Positions 62,552-64,000 of a DNA stretch of 64,000 nt are shown piece by piece. The notes below the pieces were generated by a model that was not told the origin of the DNA, searched no databases, and saw only the letters and a list, made by a program, of their open reading frames with translations. Within the stretch, counting starts at the first letter, position 1; the number at the start of each line of letters is the position of its first letter. The DNA is from Camelus ferus (Eukaryota), in NCBI RefSeq assembly GCF_009834535.1, contig NC_045696.1:45634001-45698000 (forward strand), read 5' to 3'. The position numbers and the translations under genes are program-made.

Positions 62552-64000
62552 GTGTTTTGCCAGGATCTTATCTTGTAGTCACCATGGCAAGATCATGGAT
62601 TCAGGTTTTGTATGTCAGTTCCTCAGCCACGGGCTGCATCCCTAAACTCTTGTTCACAAATACCCATCATTTTCCAGGAATATAACTAAGGCATGCAACA
62701 CAGGTGCACCAACCTAAAAGTCCATCAATAATTTACTTCATAAATATGTGTTGAGCACCTACTAGGGCTTCTGAGCTTAATCTGTAGGTAAGAAACTAGA
62801 AGCAACACTCTAGTATTTTTTAAGTAAACGTAAACATATGAACTTCCAATGGATTGTAGATCTATGTATCAGATCTGTGGCCACTTTGAGAGAAAATCAA
62901 GCATGGGGAGACATCCATAGCCTGGGTTGAGGTCAGCAGGTTCAATCAGGAGAAATAAAAGTAAGTTGAAGTCTCTGGGCTTATCTTAGGTCAATGCACT
63001 TAACTAGGCACCAAGACTCTCTAGGGGTCAATGCCCATAAAGTTGAGCTCAATAGACAGTTTAAAACAGATGTATCAAGACACCTCATGAAATGGGGTGT
63101 GCACTGGCCTCCTATCCATGATTCCTAGCACTACCATTGGAGAGGTGGCAGCAAATTATCCCAACAAGTACTGACAGCAAGCTGCCACTATTCCATACAA
63201 AGAAATACATAGAGATTTCCTATAAAATCAGGAAGCCTTGATAAATAAGGATATATGTACAGCAGCTGAAGAAGTGGGGCTGGGAGAGTAAGAATGGCCA
63301 CAGCCACAGTGATAGAGGAATCAGGCAGGGTTCCACACCATTGAAGCTTTCTCACTGGTGAGGGGCGAGGACAAAAGAAAAGTGCTCTATCCAATGTCTC
63401 TTCTAATGCAAGTAGAGGTACTGGGGGAGATGTCACTGTCTTTTTCTCAGAATCTGTTCAGAAGACCTACCCCCAGATTTGCCAGCCAAGCTTACTACCA
63501 GCTTCAGTGAAAGAAGGTATTCTTGACAGAAAGATGGAATGTGTGGCAAGATTGTTGGGTTCGACCACAGAGGCCACTTTTTATGAAAGCTTCTCTCTTA
63601 AGAATCCCCAAGGCTTTTTTTCCTATCTAGGCCATTCAAAACTCACTGTAGCAATAGAGAACAAAGAACTTCAGAAAGCAGTACATAGAGATGATAAAGG
63701 GAGTGTTCAGGCAAATAGTTGCCATCCTTATGATCCCTCACCCGGATCCCTGCCCACTCTGTACCAGAATGATTTGTTTGTTGGCTCCTTTGTACACCTT
63801 CAGCATCATTTCCCCTCAAGATAGCAAATGTCCCAACTGTGTGAAATATGACGGACATTAAACAACTTTCCATCTTAAAGATAATTATCTCAGTTGCAAT
63901 TTTCTAGTTGTACCATTCTACTTGTAGTAAAGTGGTTTTTGTATATCTCAATTAGGCATCCTCTACTGTATTCTTAGGAACATGGGCAATCTCAGGGATT

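Noticed and set aside
1..64000. CRISPR arrays, operons, rRNA, CpG-island promoter or intact ERV genes
   Set aside because: No regularly spaced repeats, no gene-dense coding structure, no CpG island and no gag/pol/env ORF; the LTRs present are solo or fragmentary.

Overview
AT-rich, CpG-depleted eutherian DNA, intronic or intergenic. It is most likely camelid (alpaca/vicuna/camel), inferred from two tRNA-Ala(AGC)-derived SINEs of the Vic-1 type and the associated young L1 3' ends. I found no intact protein-coding gene. The ORFs I recognise are decayed LINE-1 ORF2 fragments; the rest look like chance ORFs. The window is a mosaic of L1, L2, MIR, MaLR (MLT1) solo LTRs, hAT-type MITEs (MER91A, MER53, MER3) and microsatellites, with TE-poor stretches at about 7.5-10.5, 15-18.5 and 56-60 kb. 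Repeat family names come from my recollection of consensus sequences, not from a RepeatMasker/Dfam run, so subfamily labels and the boundaries of old elements are approximate. Best leads: (1) a ~298-bp polyadenylated non-TE insert with a perfect 15-bp target-site duplication (TSD) inside an MLT1 LTR (retrocopy or orphan transduction, parent unknown); (2) a minus-strand branch point/pyrimidine tract/CAG|GTAAGC motif resembling a recursive splice site at 58687; (3) a CTCF motif and a tandem E-box/CArG cluster at 8.4-9.7 kb. I see no evidence of a new multi-gene system.
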